Assembly: GCA_040756235.1 (NCBI GenBank)
Contig: JBFLZG010000041.1
Location: forward strand, 1-18,888
Reading direction: 5' to 3'
Length of the DNA stretch: 18,888 nucleotides
Source of the DNA: a bacterium
GTDB lineage: Bacteria; Desulfobacterota; DSWW01
Under the pieces are notes generated by a model. The model saw only the letters and a list, made by a program, of their open reading frames with translations, did not search any database and was not told where the DNA came from. The position numbers and the translations under genes are program-made. Of the stretch, positions 7,633-15,828 are shown in pieces. Every line of letters starts with the position of its first letter. Position 1 is the first letter of the stretch.

Positions 7633-8862
7633 CTATAGACTTGGACGGCGCTTGAGCAGCAATCGTCGCTCGATCTCGAAAATCTTGGCCCCGATCTTCT
7701 CTTTGCCGCGATCTTTCTTGTCGTTCTCCTTGACGAAGAGGTCCGCACCGAACTGCTCGAACGCTTTCGCAGCGGTCATGTTTTTCACGCCCACGAGCTG
7801 CACCGTGAGGATCCCTGCGGACGGAAGCGCGGCGGGAGCGGGCGCGATGTCCAGCACCCGGGTGAGCGCCGCGACCGTGTCGCCTGCCTGGACCGGCTGG
7901 GTGTGGTAGCCTTCCGTGAAACCCAGGTCCCAGAGCGCGTTCTCGCTCACGTCCCGGCTGGCCAGCCCTTCAAGCCACGCGAAGACCAGCCCGCCGTAGA
8001 CGATCGGCTCGCCGCTCATCGCTCCGCTCAGGCCCGTGCTGTACACCCGGTCCGTGTGCAGCGGATGGGTGTTGCCGACGATCGCGGTCCAGCCCATGTG
8101 CTCGTCGGTGATGGTGCGGCCGTTTGCATGGACGACGATGTCGCCCTTGCGAAAGCTCTCCAGGTAGGTGCCCTGGCCGGTCAGTCCCGCGGGAAAGCTC
8201 CTCCTGGTGACAGGAAGCTCATACGGAGGGCTCTCCTGCCAGGGGAAGTCCGAACGTTCGCGGGCCGCGGCACCTGACGGTCCGGCCGTGTCCCCGGACA
8301 CGGGCGTTGGCGCGGGCGTCGGCCCGGGCGATCCGCCCTTGCGGCGCGGCATCACCATGATCTTGCGCTCGTACTGGAGCACGACTTCGCTCCACTGGTT
8401 CAGACCGAGGGTCTCGAGGTGCACGATGCCCGGTTTGCCCTCGCCGCGCTCGCGGCGGGAACGGACGCGCGTCAGGGAACGTATGGTGTCGTCCGGGTAA
8501 ACGGGCCTCACGAACCGCGCCCGGTAGTAGCCCAGGTTGGCCATCGCTTTCTCGGAGTCGTTCTGCACGCCCAGGGAGAGGACCAGGTTGAAGACCAGCT
8601 GCGGGCAGACCGGACACCGCGGGAACCCGTGCGCCGTGGCGTATTCCGAGTTCAGGTACAGGGGGTTGGCCTGCTGAAAGGCCCCGGCAAAGGCCTTGGC
8701 GAGCCCGGCGTCCACCGTGAAACCCCTGGGATGGCGCAAGACCTGGCCCGGCGCGAAGTCCTCGAGGTATCGGCCGTACTCGGGGAAGCGGGCCTGCCCC
8801 GGGTTCACCTCGCTCCCGGGCGCGAGCTCCTCCTGTGGGGGAAGGGGAAACGTCAGGGACAT
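7633..8862 (-). CDS. mch: Double hot-dog MaoC dehydratase, likely mesaconyl-CoA (2-methylfumaryl-CoA) hydratase
   Basis: Two MaoC domains: GRYLEDF...ANLGY..ARFVRPVYPDDT..GLNQ and YLESF..H..GRTIT..NTHPLH. Operon context with ccr and mcd. RBS GAGGT before ATG 8862. Confidence 0.75.
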   Translation of the reverse strand: MSLTFPLPPQEELAPGSEVNPGQARFPEYGRYLEDFAPGQVLRHPRGFTVDAGLAKAFAGAFQQANPLYLNSEYATAHGFPRCPVCPQLVFNLVLSLGVQNDSEKAMANLGYYRARFVRPVYPDDTIRSLTRVRSRRERGEGKPGIVHLETLGLNQWSEVVLQYERKIMVMPRRKGGSPGPTPAPTPVSGDTAGPSGAAARERSDFPWQESPPYELPVTRRSFPAGLTGQGTYLESFRKGDIVVHANGRTITDEHMGWTAIVGNTHPLHTDRVYSTGLSGAMSGEPIVYGGLVFAWLEGLASRDVSENALWDLGFTEGYHTQPVQAGDTVAALTRVLDIAPAPAALPSAGILTVQLVGVKNMTAAKAFEQFGADLFVKENDKKDRGKEKIGAKIFEIERRLLLKRRPSL

Positions 8863-8911
8863 GATCTTTACCTCGCTCACTGGAGCACTGACAGGGCTTG
8901 CCTGCTGGAAG

Positions 8912-8938
8912 AAGGGCGCAGCAAGCGGCGCCCCTGCA
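8912..8938 (-). repeat. GTAG-type REP palindrome, copy 2 (GCAG variant)
   Basis: Reverse complement is TGCAGGGGCGCCGCTTGCTGCGCCCTT, 3 mismatches to copy 1. An adjacent 9-bp GC hairpin lies at 8944-8966. Confidence 0.75.
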
Positions 8939-8977
8939 AGACTCCGGCGGCCGGGGGGGCCGCCGGCGCAGGCCGCC

Positions 8978-10705
8978 CTACTGTTCCTCTACGAGGCTCC
9001 GGGCGATCACCTTCAGGGCAAGGGTCTCCTCGGCCCCCTCGAAGATCGACAGGACCCGGGCATCCACGAAGTGCCGGCTCACCGGGGTACCCTCGGCGTA
9101 GCCTTTCCCGCCGTGGATCTGCATCGCCTCGCGGGTGATTCCCTCGGCCGCCCGGCAGGTGAAGAGCTTGACCATGCTGGCCTCCGTCTGGCCCTTGCCC
9201 CGATCCATCAGACGGGCAACCGAGCGGGTGAACTGGCGGCTCGTCGTGAGGAGGGCGGCCATCCTGGCCAGCTTCACCTTGGTGAGCTGGTAATCGGCCA
9301 CGGGCCGGCCGAAGACGACGCGTCTCGACGCGTACGAGAGCGCCTCTTCGAACGCCGCCTGCATGACCCCCACGGCCCGGGCGGCAGTCTGGATGCGGCC
9401 TCCGGAAAACCCGGCCATGAGATAGTAGAAGCCTTTGCCCAGTCCGGCCTCGCCCCCCAGGAGGGCGTTTTCCGGCACGAAGTAATTCCGGAAGACGATC
9501 CAGAAAGAGTGCATGCCACGGTATCCGATGGTCGGAATGGCCTTGCCGCGGACCTGCCCCCCGCCCTCCTGCACGTGATCGAATTCCTTCCCGTCCGTCG
9601 GCGGTTTCCCGACCAGGAAGAGCGAGAGCCCCTTGTGGCCCAGGGACCGGTCCGGGTCGGTCCGGGCCAGCACGAGCAGCAGGCCGGCCTTGCCGCCGAA
9701 GGTGCACCACGTCTTGGTGCCGTCCAGCAGCCACCCGCCTTCCGTCCGCCGAGCCGCCACCTTCATGGAGGCCACGTCCGACCCGTAGTCCGGCTCGGTC
9801 ACGGCCACGGCGCACAGAGGATCGCCGGCCGCGAGCTTCGGTAGCCACCAGGCCTGCTGTTCGTCCGTGCCGCCTTTGCGGATGGCCCTGGCCAGGATCT
9901 CGGTCCGCGTGATCAGGCTGCCCGCTGCGCCGAGCGACCCGCGCGAAAGCTCCTCGGTCACGACGATCATGCCGAGCGTGTCTTCCCGCCCGTCCTCCTG
10001 CCGGCCTCCGAAGCGACGGGGGATCGAGAGCCCGAAGGCGCCCATCCCGATCAGAGGCGTGAGGATCGATTCCGGGACGAGGAGGTCTTCCCGGTGGATC
10101 CGTTCGGCCATCGGCCGAACCACGCGATCCGTGAACTCGCGGAAGCGGCCCCTCTGCTCCTCGTGCTCCTCGTCGAGAAGGGAGAGCCCGCCGGCGGATC
10201 CCGCCTTTTGCCCCTGTCGAAGCAGCTCGCCGAGCGCCTCCATGCTGGCGGCGGCAAGCCGAGCACTGCAAAAGGAACGGACCGGCTCACGCTCGAGGCT
10301 TTGGGAAAGCTCCTGCCACGAGAGACCGAAATCCGCGGGCCGGGCGGACAAGCGGTCGCGCAAGCTCTGGGCCATTTCGGCAATGAACAGGAGCGCGCAC
10401 GGCTCCTCCACCGCTGCCGGCCCCGCCTCCGCGCTCCCGCCTGCGGCCGCCGCTTCACGGAGACTCGCCGCATACTCCAGGACGGCGCGCGCGGCGGCGA
10501 GCTCGGAGGCGCTCCGGGCGAGCTCGTAGCAGACGAGCTGATGATCGTCCAGCGGCTCGGGGGAGCTGTCTCTTGCCGGGGCGGTCCGGGTCCGGATGCG
10601 GCTCCTCAGAGCGGTGACGATTCGCTCCTCGAGCCGCTCGGCGGTCTCGATGACCTCACGAGCGGCATCCAGAGGATCTCGCCACGGTGCCTCGGTCAAT
10701 CCCAT
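8978..10705 (-). CDS. mcd: Acyl-CoA dehydrogenase, (2S)-methylsuccinyl-CoA dehydrogenase-like
   Basis: 575 aa with the long N-terminal extension typical of Mcd. Motifs EELSRG..GSLITRTEI, TEPDYGSD, GYRGM, RIQTAARAVGV, DARVLSIFEGAEE. Operon context. Confidence 0.8.
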   Translation of the reverse strand: MGLTEAPWRDPLDAAREVIETAERLEERIVTALRSRIRTRTAPARDSSPEPLDDHQLVCYELARSASELAAARAVLEYAASLREAAAAGGSAEAGPAAVEEPCALLFIAEMAQSLRDRLSARPADFGLSWQELSQSLEREPVRSFCSARLAAASMEALGELLRQGQKAGSAGGLSLLDEEHEEQRGRFREFTDRVVRPMAERIHREDLLVPESILTPLIGMGAFGLSIPRRFGGRQEDGREDTLGMIVVTEELSRGSLGAAGSLITRTEILARAIRKGGTDEQQAWWLPKLAAGDPLCAVAVTEPDYGSDVASMKVAARRTEGGWLLDGTKTWCTFGGKAGLLLVLARTDPDRSLGHKGLSLFLVGKPPTDGKEFDHVQEGGGQVRGKAIPTIGYRGMHSFWIVFRNYFVPENALLGGEAGLGKGFYYLMAGFSGGRIQTAARAVGVMQAAFEEALSYASRRVVFGRPVADYQLTKVKLARMAALLTTSRQFTRSVARLMDRGKGQTEASMVKLFTCRAAEGITREAMQIHGGKGYAEGTPVSRHFVDARVLSIFEGAEETLALKVIARSLVEEQ

Positions 10706-10721
10706 GCCCCTTCCTCCGTCC

Positions 10722-11984
10722 TCATGCCCCGAGCTGCCGGACCTCCTCCGGGGTGACGATCCCGAGCTTCAAACCTTTCTGCGGGTCCAGGATCCCGGTC
10801 GCAACCGCCTTTCTCAGCTTGCGGCGGGCGTGGCGATCCGTTGCCCGGTCGCTCATCACGCCCTGGATGATCGTGGCCCCCTGCTCGGCCGCGACCGCCG
10901 CATCATAGGCCTCGATCTTGTCCAGCTCGCTCACGATCTCCTCCTCCGGCATGGCGACTCGGTATGCCAGCCGGACGGCAAAGAGCTGCAGCGGATGCCC
11001 GACCCATTTGCCGTCCATGCCGAGCTGCTGGCCGTGCTGGGCGTCCTCGAACACCTCCCGGATCCGGCGCACGAGCAGGAGGTGGTTTTCGCCGTCCGAG
11101 AGCCTCTTGTCGGGCACCGGGTAATTCACGGTCATGTTGTCGATGGCCGGCACCCCCACGGACCCGGCGAGGTTCACGATCGCGGCCCGCGCCCAGTCGC
11201 AGACCGGGTGGTTGTTGAAGATCAGCGGCAGGCCGATGTCGGCCGAGTAGTCGGCGATTCCGAAAATGATGCCCGCCAGCCTGGGCATGGTCGCCTTGAC
11301 GAGGGCCGGCAGCTGGGCGACGGCCCATCCCGATTCCACCAGGAACTCCAGCTTGATGCGGTTCGGAGCCAGCCCGAGCCTCTCTTCCAGGTCGGACAGC
11401 AGGTCGCACAGGAAGGCCAGTTGCTCCGGGTGCTCGGCCTTGGGCCAGATGATCCCGTCGATCGGATACCGCTCGGGCGGAAGGTCTCTGCCCGCCTCGG
11501 TGAGAACCGTGATCAGGTCCTCGAGACAGTACTCCAGCAGGAGACCGCTCGGCCTGTAAAACCGCAGCGTGTGGCCCCACTCGGCCTCCCGGAAGATCCG
11601 GATCGCGTTCTCCCGGCCCCGCTGGATGACGTCCTCCCTCAAGGCCTGCGCGTCCTCGCTGTCCACCATGACGAGAGGCGACTGGAGATCTCCGGTCAGC
11701 TCCTCTTCGATGGCGGCCAGCGGCACCACCAGGGTATCCGCCAGCTCTCTCAAGGATATGCTGTACTTTTCCAGGATTCTCTCGGTGGCGCTGCTCCCCC
11801 TCTCCACAGCCTTCAGCGCCATGTCATAATTGCTTGCCGGCGTCGTGAAGTGAGCCTGCTGTCGCAGGTATTTCAGCGGCAGGTCGCTTGCTGTCAGGGA
11901 GCGTCCCTGCTCCAGGAGCTCGCGGCGGCGCTTGCCGTATCTCTCGAGCAGATCGTGATGGGGCTTCAGGTCTGATGCAGACAT
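10722..11984 (-). CDS. CitE/HpcH-like C-C lyase, probable malyl-CoA/beta-methylmalyl-CoA lyase
   Basis: D-S-EDA, conserved Arg (FYRP), Mg-binding LVES and FGIADY, GMDGKWVGHPLQ, and lid GVMSDRAT. RBS AAGGAG before ATG 11984. Confidence 0.75.
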   Translation of the reverse strand: MSASDLKPHHDLLERYGKRRRELLEQGRSLTASDLPLKYLRQQAHFTTPASNYDMALKAVERGSSATERILEKYSISLRELADTLVVPLAAIEEELTGDLQSPLVMVDSEDAQALREDVIQRGRENAIRIFREAEWGHTLRFYRPSGLLLEYCLEDLITVLTEAGRDLPPERYPIDGIIWPKAEHPEQLAFLCDLLSDLEERLGLAPNRIKLEFLVESGWAVAQLPALVKATMPRLAGIIFGIADYSADIGLPLIFNNHPVCDWARAAIVNLAGSVGVPAIDNMTVNYPVPDKRLSDGENHLLLVRRIREVFEDAQHGQQLGMDGKWVGHPLQLFAVRLAYRVAMPEEEIVSELDKIEAYDAAVAAEQGATIIQGVMSDRATDRHARRKLRKAVATGILDPQKGLKLGIVTPEEVRQLGA

Positions 11985-12113
11985 GGGGCACTCCTTTTCG
12001 AGAGGCTGTCGATAAAAGGCCATCTGCGGTGGGGCAGCCCCCGGGAGCGGACGGACCCGCTCGCCCCGGAGCCGCGCGGCAGCCAGCTAACGAACTAGAT
12101 TCCGAGATTTATA

Positions 12114-12123
12114 GAAACGTTTC
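12114..12123. promoter_or_regulatory. Palindromic operator candidate upstream of the lyase-to-ccr operon
   Basis: GAAACGTTTC perfect palindrome (LacI-family-like core), abutting a minus-strand TATAAA at 12108-12113. Confidence 0.35.
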
Positions 12124-12203
12124 ACGGCACGGGCGCGTCCCTGCCGACGTTTCCGGCAGTACGGAGCAAGCCTCCCGGGCCCGGCTCGTGAAAAGTCGCT
12201 CGT

Positions 12204-13283
12204 TCAGAGAGGTTGGGCGATGAACCCGTTCCTTGCGAGAAACGCGTACCAGGCCTTCCCTCTGGCCTGGCGGGGAAAGAACCAGACGTGACCGCCCCGC
12301 AGAAAGAGATGATCGGGGCGGTTCCAGCGCTCGTACAGCTCCTGCACATCCTCGAAGGGGCAGAGCCGGTCTCCGCGAGCCGCGATGATGAGGCACCGCT
12401 CCGGCGGGAGCCGGCACCCGCGGGAGAGCGGGGAGTGGATCTTCCAGAGCTCCGCCACCCGCTCTGCGGCGCCGTCGTCGCCCCCAAGGGCCGGGTGGAA
12501 CGGCACCGGGAGCCGGATCCCGTGAAAGCTGACGAGCGGGACGATCAGGCAGACCACGGCGGGCATCGCGGTGAGCGACGCGAAGAGGGCGGCCAGGTAG
12601 CCGCCCAGGCTCGCTCCTGCAAGTCCGATTTCGGAAGCTCCCCGGTCCCGGAGAAGGTGAAAGGAGCTGGCAAGGTCGTGCACCGCCTGCCCGAAACCCT
12701 CGAGGCCGAGGATCGGATTACGGAAGGGAAACGGCGGAGAGAGCCGCTCCCGCAGCGAGGACGCCCTTCTCCAGTGAAAAGGCGTGACGAAGAGGGCCAC
12801 GTCCAGACCGAGATCGTAGAGCCTGGACATTCGGAACATCCGCTGCGCCTGCCGCGGCTCCCCCAGCGACCAGCCGTGGCAGCAGACCAGGGTCCTGCGG
12901 CCTCCGCCGGCATGTTGCCAGTGAGCCAGGTAGGCGGTCCGGTTTTGCGTGAAGCTCTCATACAGCTCCCGGACTGCCGGGTTCCGCACCTCGTATCGGC
13001 TGGGGAACGCGTACAACCGGAACGATCCCTCGCGGAACCGCCGCTTCTCGAGCACGCGGGTCTGCGGCGGTGAGGTCTCCGGAAAGGTGAAGAACCGGTC
13101 CGGGTCCCGGGGAAGTGAATCGGAAAGATAGTAGGAAGCCCAGTCTCTCATGAGCTGCGGGCTCGGGGTCTCGGACGCCCTCCCGCGTGCCGCTGCCAGG
13201 ACCCTGGCCGAGGCGAGCAGGGCTTCGTCGAACCCGACCCCGAATGTTTCCGCGGCTCTCTCGGCCCAGTGTGAAAGCATCAC
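12204..13283 (-). CDS. Alpha/beta hydrolase family protein (ABHD18/DUF2048-like)
   Basis: CHGW oxyanion region, GASLGG nucleophile, GDRLCP (Asp) and GGHV (His). Start is GTG 13283 or ATG 13280. Confidence 0.8.
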   Translation of the reverse strand: MMLSHWAERAAETFGVGFDEALLASARVLAAARGRASETPSPQLMRDWASYYLSDSLPRDPDRFFTFPETSPPQTRVLEKRRFREGSFRLYAFPSRYEVRNPAVRELYESFTQNRTAYLAHWQHAGGGRRTLVCCHGWSLGEPRQAQRMFRMSRLYDLGLDVALFVTPFHWRRASSLRERLSPPFPFRNPILGLEGFGQAVHDLASSFHLLRDRGASEIGLAGASLGGYLAALFASLTAMPAVVCLIVPLVSFHGIRLPVPFHPALGGDDGAAERVAELWKIHSPLSRGCRLPPERCLIIAARGDRLCPFEDVQELYERWNRPDHLFLRGGHVWFFPRQARGKAWYAFLARNGFIAQPL

Positions 13284-13437
13284 GGCCTCGTTCTCAATAC
13301 CGCTTTCCTAATGCCGCTTGCGCTCGCATCTCGGATTTCGGTTGAACAGAATAGTGTCTTGTGGCATTAAAATAAACCTAAATGAACCTGGGCATGTGAG
13401 AACGCCGGAGAACGGCTCTGAGCGTCGGAGGTGTGAG

Positions 13438-13566
13438 ATGGGATTTAGGACAAGCCTGAAGGCGGCTGCGCATCGGCTCTCGATCCTGGTGTTCGTGCTC
13501 CTGGAGGTAGCCGGTCTCCCGCGGGTGAAGGAGCGCCGCAAGCCGTTGAAGGAGAGCGCCCGATGA
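13438..13566 (+). CDS. Small 42-aa protein with a central hydrophobic segment
   Basis: RBS GGAGGTG before ATG 13438. MGFRTSLKAAAHRLSILVFVLLEVAGLPRVKERRKPLKESAR. The stop overlaps the next start (ATGA). Confidence 0.5.
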   Translation: MGFRTSLKAAAHRLSILVFVLLEVAGLPRVKERRKPLKESAR

Positions 13567-14375
13567 GCGATTTCTCGCGCAAAGCAGACCTGGGCCGGAC
13601 CGGCCTGAAAGTTTCCAGGATCGGGATCGGCTCCGCCTACGGCGTCTCGTCCCGCGCCTGCCGCAACGCCTTCGAGGCCGGAGTGAACTACTTCTTCTGG
13701 GGGTCTGTCCGGACCCCGGGGATGGGGCTGGCCATACGGGAGATCGCCGCCGCCCGGCGGGAGGACCTGGTCGTGGTGCTCGAGTGCTATGCCAGGAGCC
13801 CGCTGCTCGCGGGCTTGAGCATCGACCGGGGGCTTCGCAGCCTGGGCATAGATCGCGCGGACGTCCTCCTGCTCGGATGGTACCAGGATCCGCCGAGCCG
13901 CAAGCTGCTCGACACCCTGGACCGCATCCGGGAGCAGGGGAAGTTCCGGTTCCTGGGCATCTCTTCCCACAAGCGGCCGCTTTTCCGGGATTTCCTGCAG
14001 GACGGCCGCTACGACGTCTTCCACGTCCGGTACAACGCGGCACACCGCGGTGCCGAGCAGGAGATCTTCCCCTACCTGCCGGAAGCAGGCGGACCCGGCA
14101 TCGTCTCCTTCACCAACACGAGATGGGGAGATCTGCTCAAGCCGAAGAACATGCCGCCCGGAGAAACCCCTCCCGGCGCGCCCGACTGCTACCGGTTCGT
14201 CCTGTCCGATCCCCACGTTCAGGTCGCGATCTGCGGTCCCAAGAACGATGCGGAGATGGAAGCGGCCCTCACCGTGCTCGCCCAAGGTCCCATGACGGAG
14301 CCGGAGCTGGCCAGGATGCGACGGATCGGCGATCACGTCCACGGGATCTCATCGCTCATGAGCGTGCTCGCGTGA
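13563..14375 (+). CDS. Aldo/keto reductase-fold protein with atypical active site
   Basis: LGRTGLKVSRIGIG, AFEAGVNYF, LRSLGIDRAD, GKFRFLGISSH, RYNAAHRGAE, RFVLSDPHV..ICGP. Confidence 0.85.
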   Translation: MSDFSRKADLGRTGLKVSRIGIGSAYGVSSRACRNAFEAGVNYFFWGSVRTPGMGLAIREIAAARREDLVVVLECYARSPLLAGLSIDRGLRSLGIDRADVLLLGWYQDPPSRKLLDTLDRIREQGKFRFLGISSHKRPLFRDFLQDGRYDVFHVRYNAAHRGAEQEIFPYLPEAGGPGIVSFTNTRWGDLLKPKNMPPGETPPGAPDCYRFVLSDPHVQVAICGPKNDAEMEAALTVLAQGPMTEPELARMRRIGDHVHGISSLMSVLA

Positions 14376-14378
14376 GAA

Positions 14379-15086
14379 ATGTCCATCACCTTTGCTGAAA
14401 GGGACGAGCTCCAGGGCTTCCTGGACTCGACCTTCCAAGACCGCGCGGGCCTGCGCATCCTGGAGGTGGGGTGCGGGTCCAGGTCGAACGTGCGGCTGGG
14501 AAAGGACCCTTACGTTGTCGGTCTGGATCTTTCCCGGGACCAGCTCGACCGGAACCACGAACTCCGGGAGAAGATCCAGGGCGACATCCAGACGATCGAG
14601 CTCCCCCCGGCGAGCTTCGACGTGGCGATCTGCTGGGACGTGATCGAGCATCTGCGCTTTCCCCGGCAGGCCCTGGACCGGATCTTCTCCTGCTTGCGGG
14701 ACGGCGGTCTCGCCATCCTGGCCGGGCCGAACCTCTACTCGGTGAAAGGAATGACGGCCAGGCTGACCCCCTTCCGCTTCCACCTCTGGTTCTACCGCCG
14801 GGTGGCGGGATGGGACCGCAGCGCGGACACCACCATGGGGCGCTTCCCCACCTATCTGCGCCATTCGAGCAGCCTTCCCGCCGTGCTCTGCTACCTGGAG
14901 CACAACGGGCACCGGGTGCTGTTCCGGCGCCTGTACGAGCACCCGGTCCAGAAAGCCTGGCGGCGCAAGAGGCGCTGGCTGGACGTCGTGCTCAAGGGGT
15001 TGGCAGGCGCGGCCTCCCTGGCGACCCTGAAGAGGGCCGACTGGCTCCTCTCCGACTACATCGTGGTGGCGCAGAAGAACGGCTAG
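14379..15086 (+). CDS. Class I SAM-dependent methyltransferase
   Basis: Motif I ILEVGCGS, VGLDLS, QGDI, SFDVAICWDVIEHL, LRDGG. Confidence 0.85.
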   Translation: MSITFAERDELQGFLDSTFQDRAGLRILEVGCGSRSNVRLGKDPYVVGLDLSRDQLDRNHELREKIQGDIQTIELPPASFDVAICWDVIEHLRFPRQALDRIFSCLRDGGLAILAGPNLYSVKGMTARLTPFRFHLWFYRRVAGWDRSADTTMGRFPTYLRHSSSLPAVLCYLEHNGHRVLFRRLYEHPVQKAWRRKRRWLDVVLKGLAGAASLATLKRADWLLSDYIVVAQKNG

Positions 15087-15111
15087 CCGGATTTCCCTCC
15101 CGCCCCGGGTG

Positions 15112-15138
15112 CCGAGCGCGGCAAGCAGCGCCTCTACA
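15112..15138 (-). repeat. GTAG-type REP palindrome, copy 3
   Basis: Reverse complement is TGTAGAGGCGCTGCTTGCCGCGCTCGG, 22 of the first 23 nt identical to copy 1. Confidence 0.8.
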
Positions 15139-15149
15139 CGTTTTCTTTT

Positions 15150-15263
15150 CGTCATCCCGGCGCAGGCCGGGGTCCAGTCCCTGTAACCTGGAACTACCGC
15201 TGTGCATGGTGCAACCCTTCTGGATCCCGGCTTACACGCGCTCCGCACATGGGCCGGGATGAC
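15150..15263. repeat. CGTC-type REP doublet (REPIN-like)
   Basis: CGTCATCCCGGCGCAGGCCGGGGTCCAG ... CTGGATCCCGGC-(insert)-GCCGGGATGAC as inverted units. Confidence 0.8.
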
Positions 15264-15387
15264 AAACTATGACATAAGGAAGAAGGGAGTGTCTTTCGGG
15301 CATCTAAATGTCAAGCCATCCGAATCGCTCTCTAAATGAACCTTATCCGGACCCCTTCCCGGGGGAGCCCTTCTGGAGGACAAGCAG

Positions 15388-15810
15388 ATGCGACTCCGCG
15401 AGTATTTCGAAAACGCCGAAGGCCTGGGCGTCCTGGCCACGGCGGACTCTTCGGGGAACGTCGATGCCGCCATCTATTCCAGGCCTCACGTGGTCGACGA
15501 CGAGACGGTGGCCTTCATCATGGCCGAAAGGCAGACCCACGAGAACCTGCAGTCCAACCCGCATGCAGCGTATCTGTTCAAGGAGAACGGGAAAGGCTTC
15601 TTCGGCACACGCCTCTTCCTGACCAAGATCCGGGAGGAGAAAGACAGCGATCAGATCCCTTCTCTGCTTCGCAGGAAGGGGCACCGGATCGAACGGGAAC
15701 TGGGCGATTCGGCCCGCTATCTCGTGTACTTTCGCGTGGACCGGGTGGTCCCTCTGGTAGGCTCCGGCAAGTGCCCTATCACTCAGTTCGCCCGGGCGGC
15801 TGGAGCGTAG
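15388..15810 (+). CDS. Pyridoxamine 5'-phosphate oxidase-like FMN-binding protein
   Basis: GVLATADSSGNVDAAIYSRPH, THENLQSNPHAAYLF, GTRLFL. RBS GGAGGA. Confidence 0.85.
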   Translation: MRLREYFENAEGLGVLATADSSGNVDAAIYSRPHVVDDETVAFIMAERQTHENLQSNPHAAYLFKENGKGFFGTRLFLTKIREEKDSDQIPSLLRRKGHRIERELGDSARYLVYFRVDRVVPLVGSGKCPITQFARAAGA

Positions 15811-15828
15811 TGAGGAGAAACCGCTGCG

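Noticed and set aside
5231..7909. 892-aa plus-strand ORF
   Set aside because: It is antisense to the well-supported beta-barrel, ccr and mch genes, is Arg/Gly/His-rich with no motifs, and is a typical high-GC shadow frame.
13342..13373. TTGAAC...TAAAAT as a sigma70 promoter
   Set aside because: The 20-nt spacer is too long. The region is an AT-rich divergent promoter zone, but the elements cannot be pinned down.
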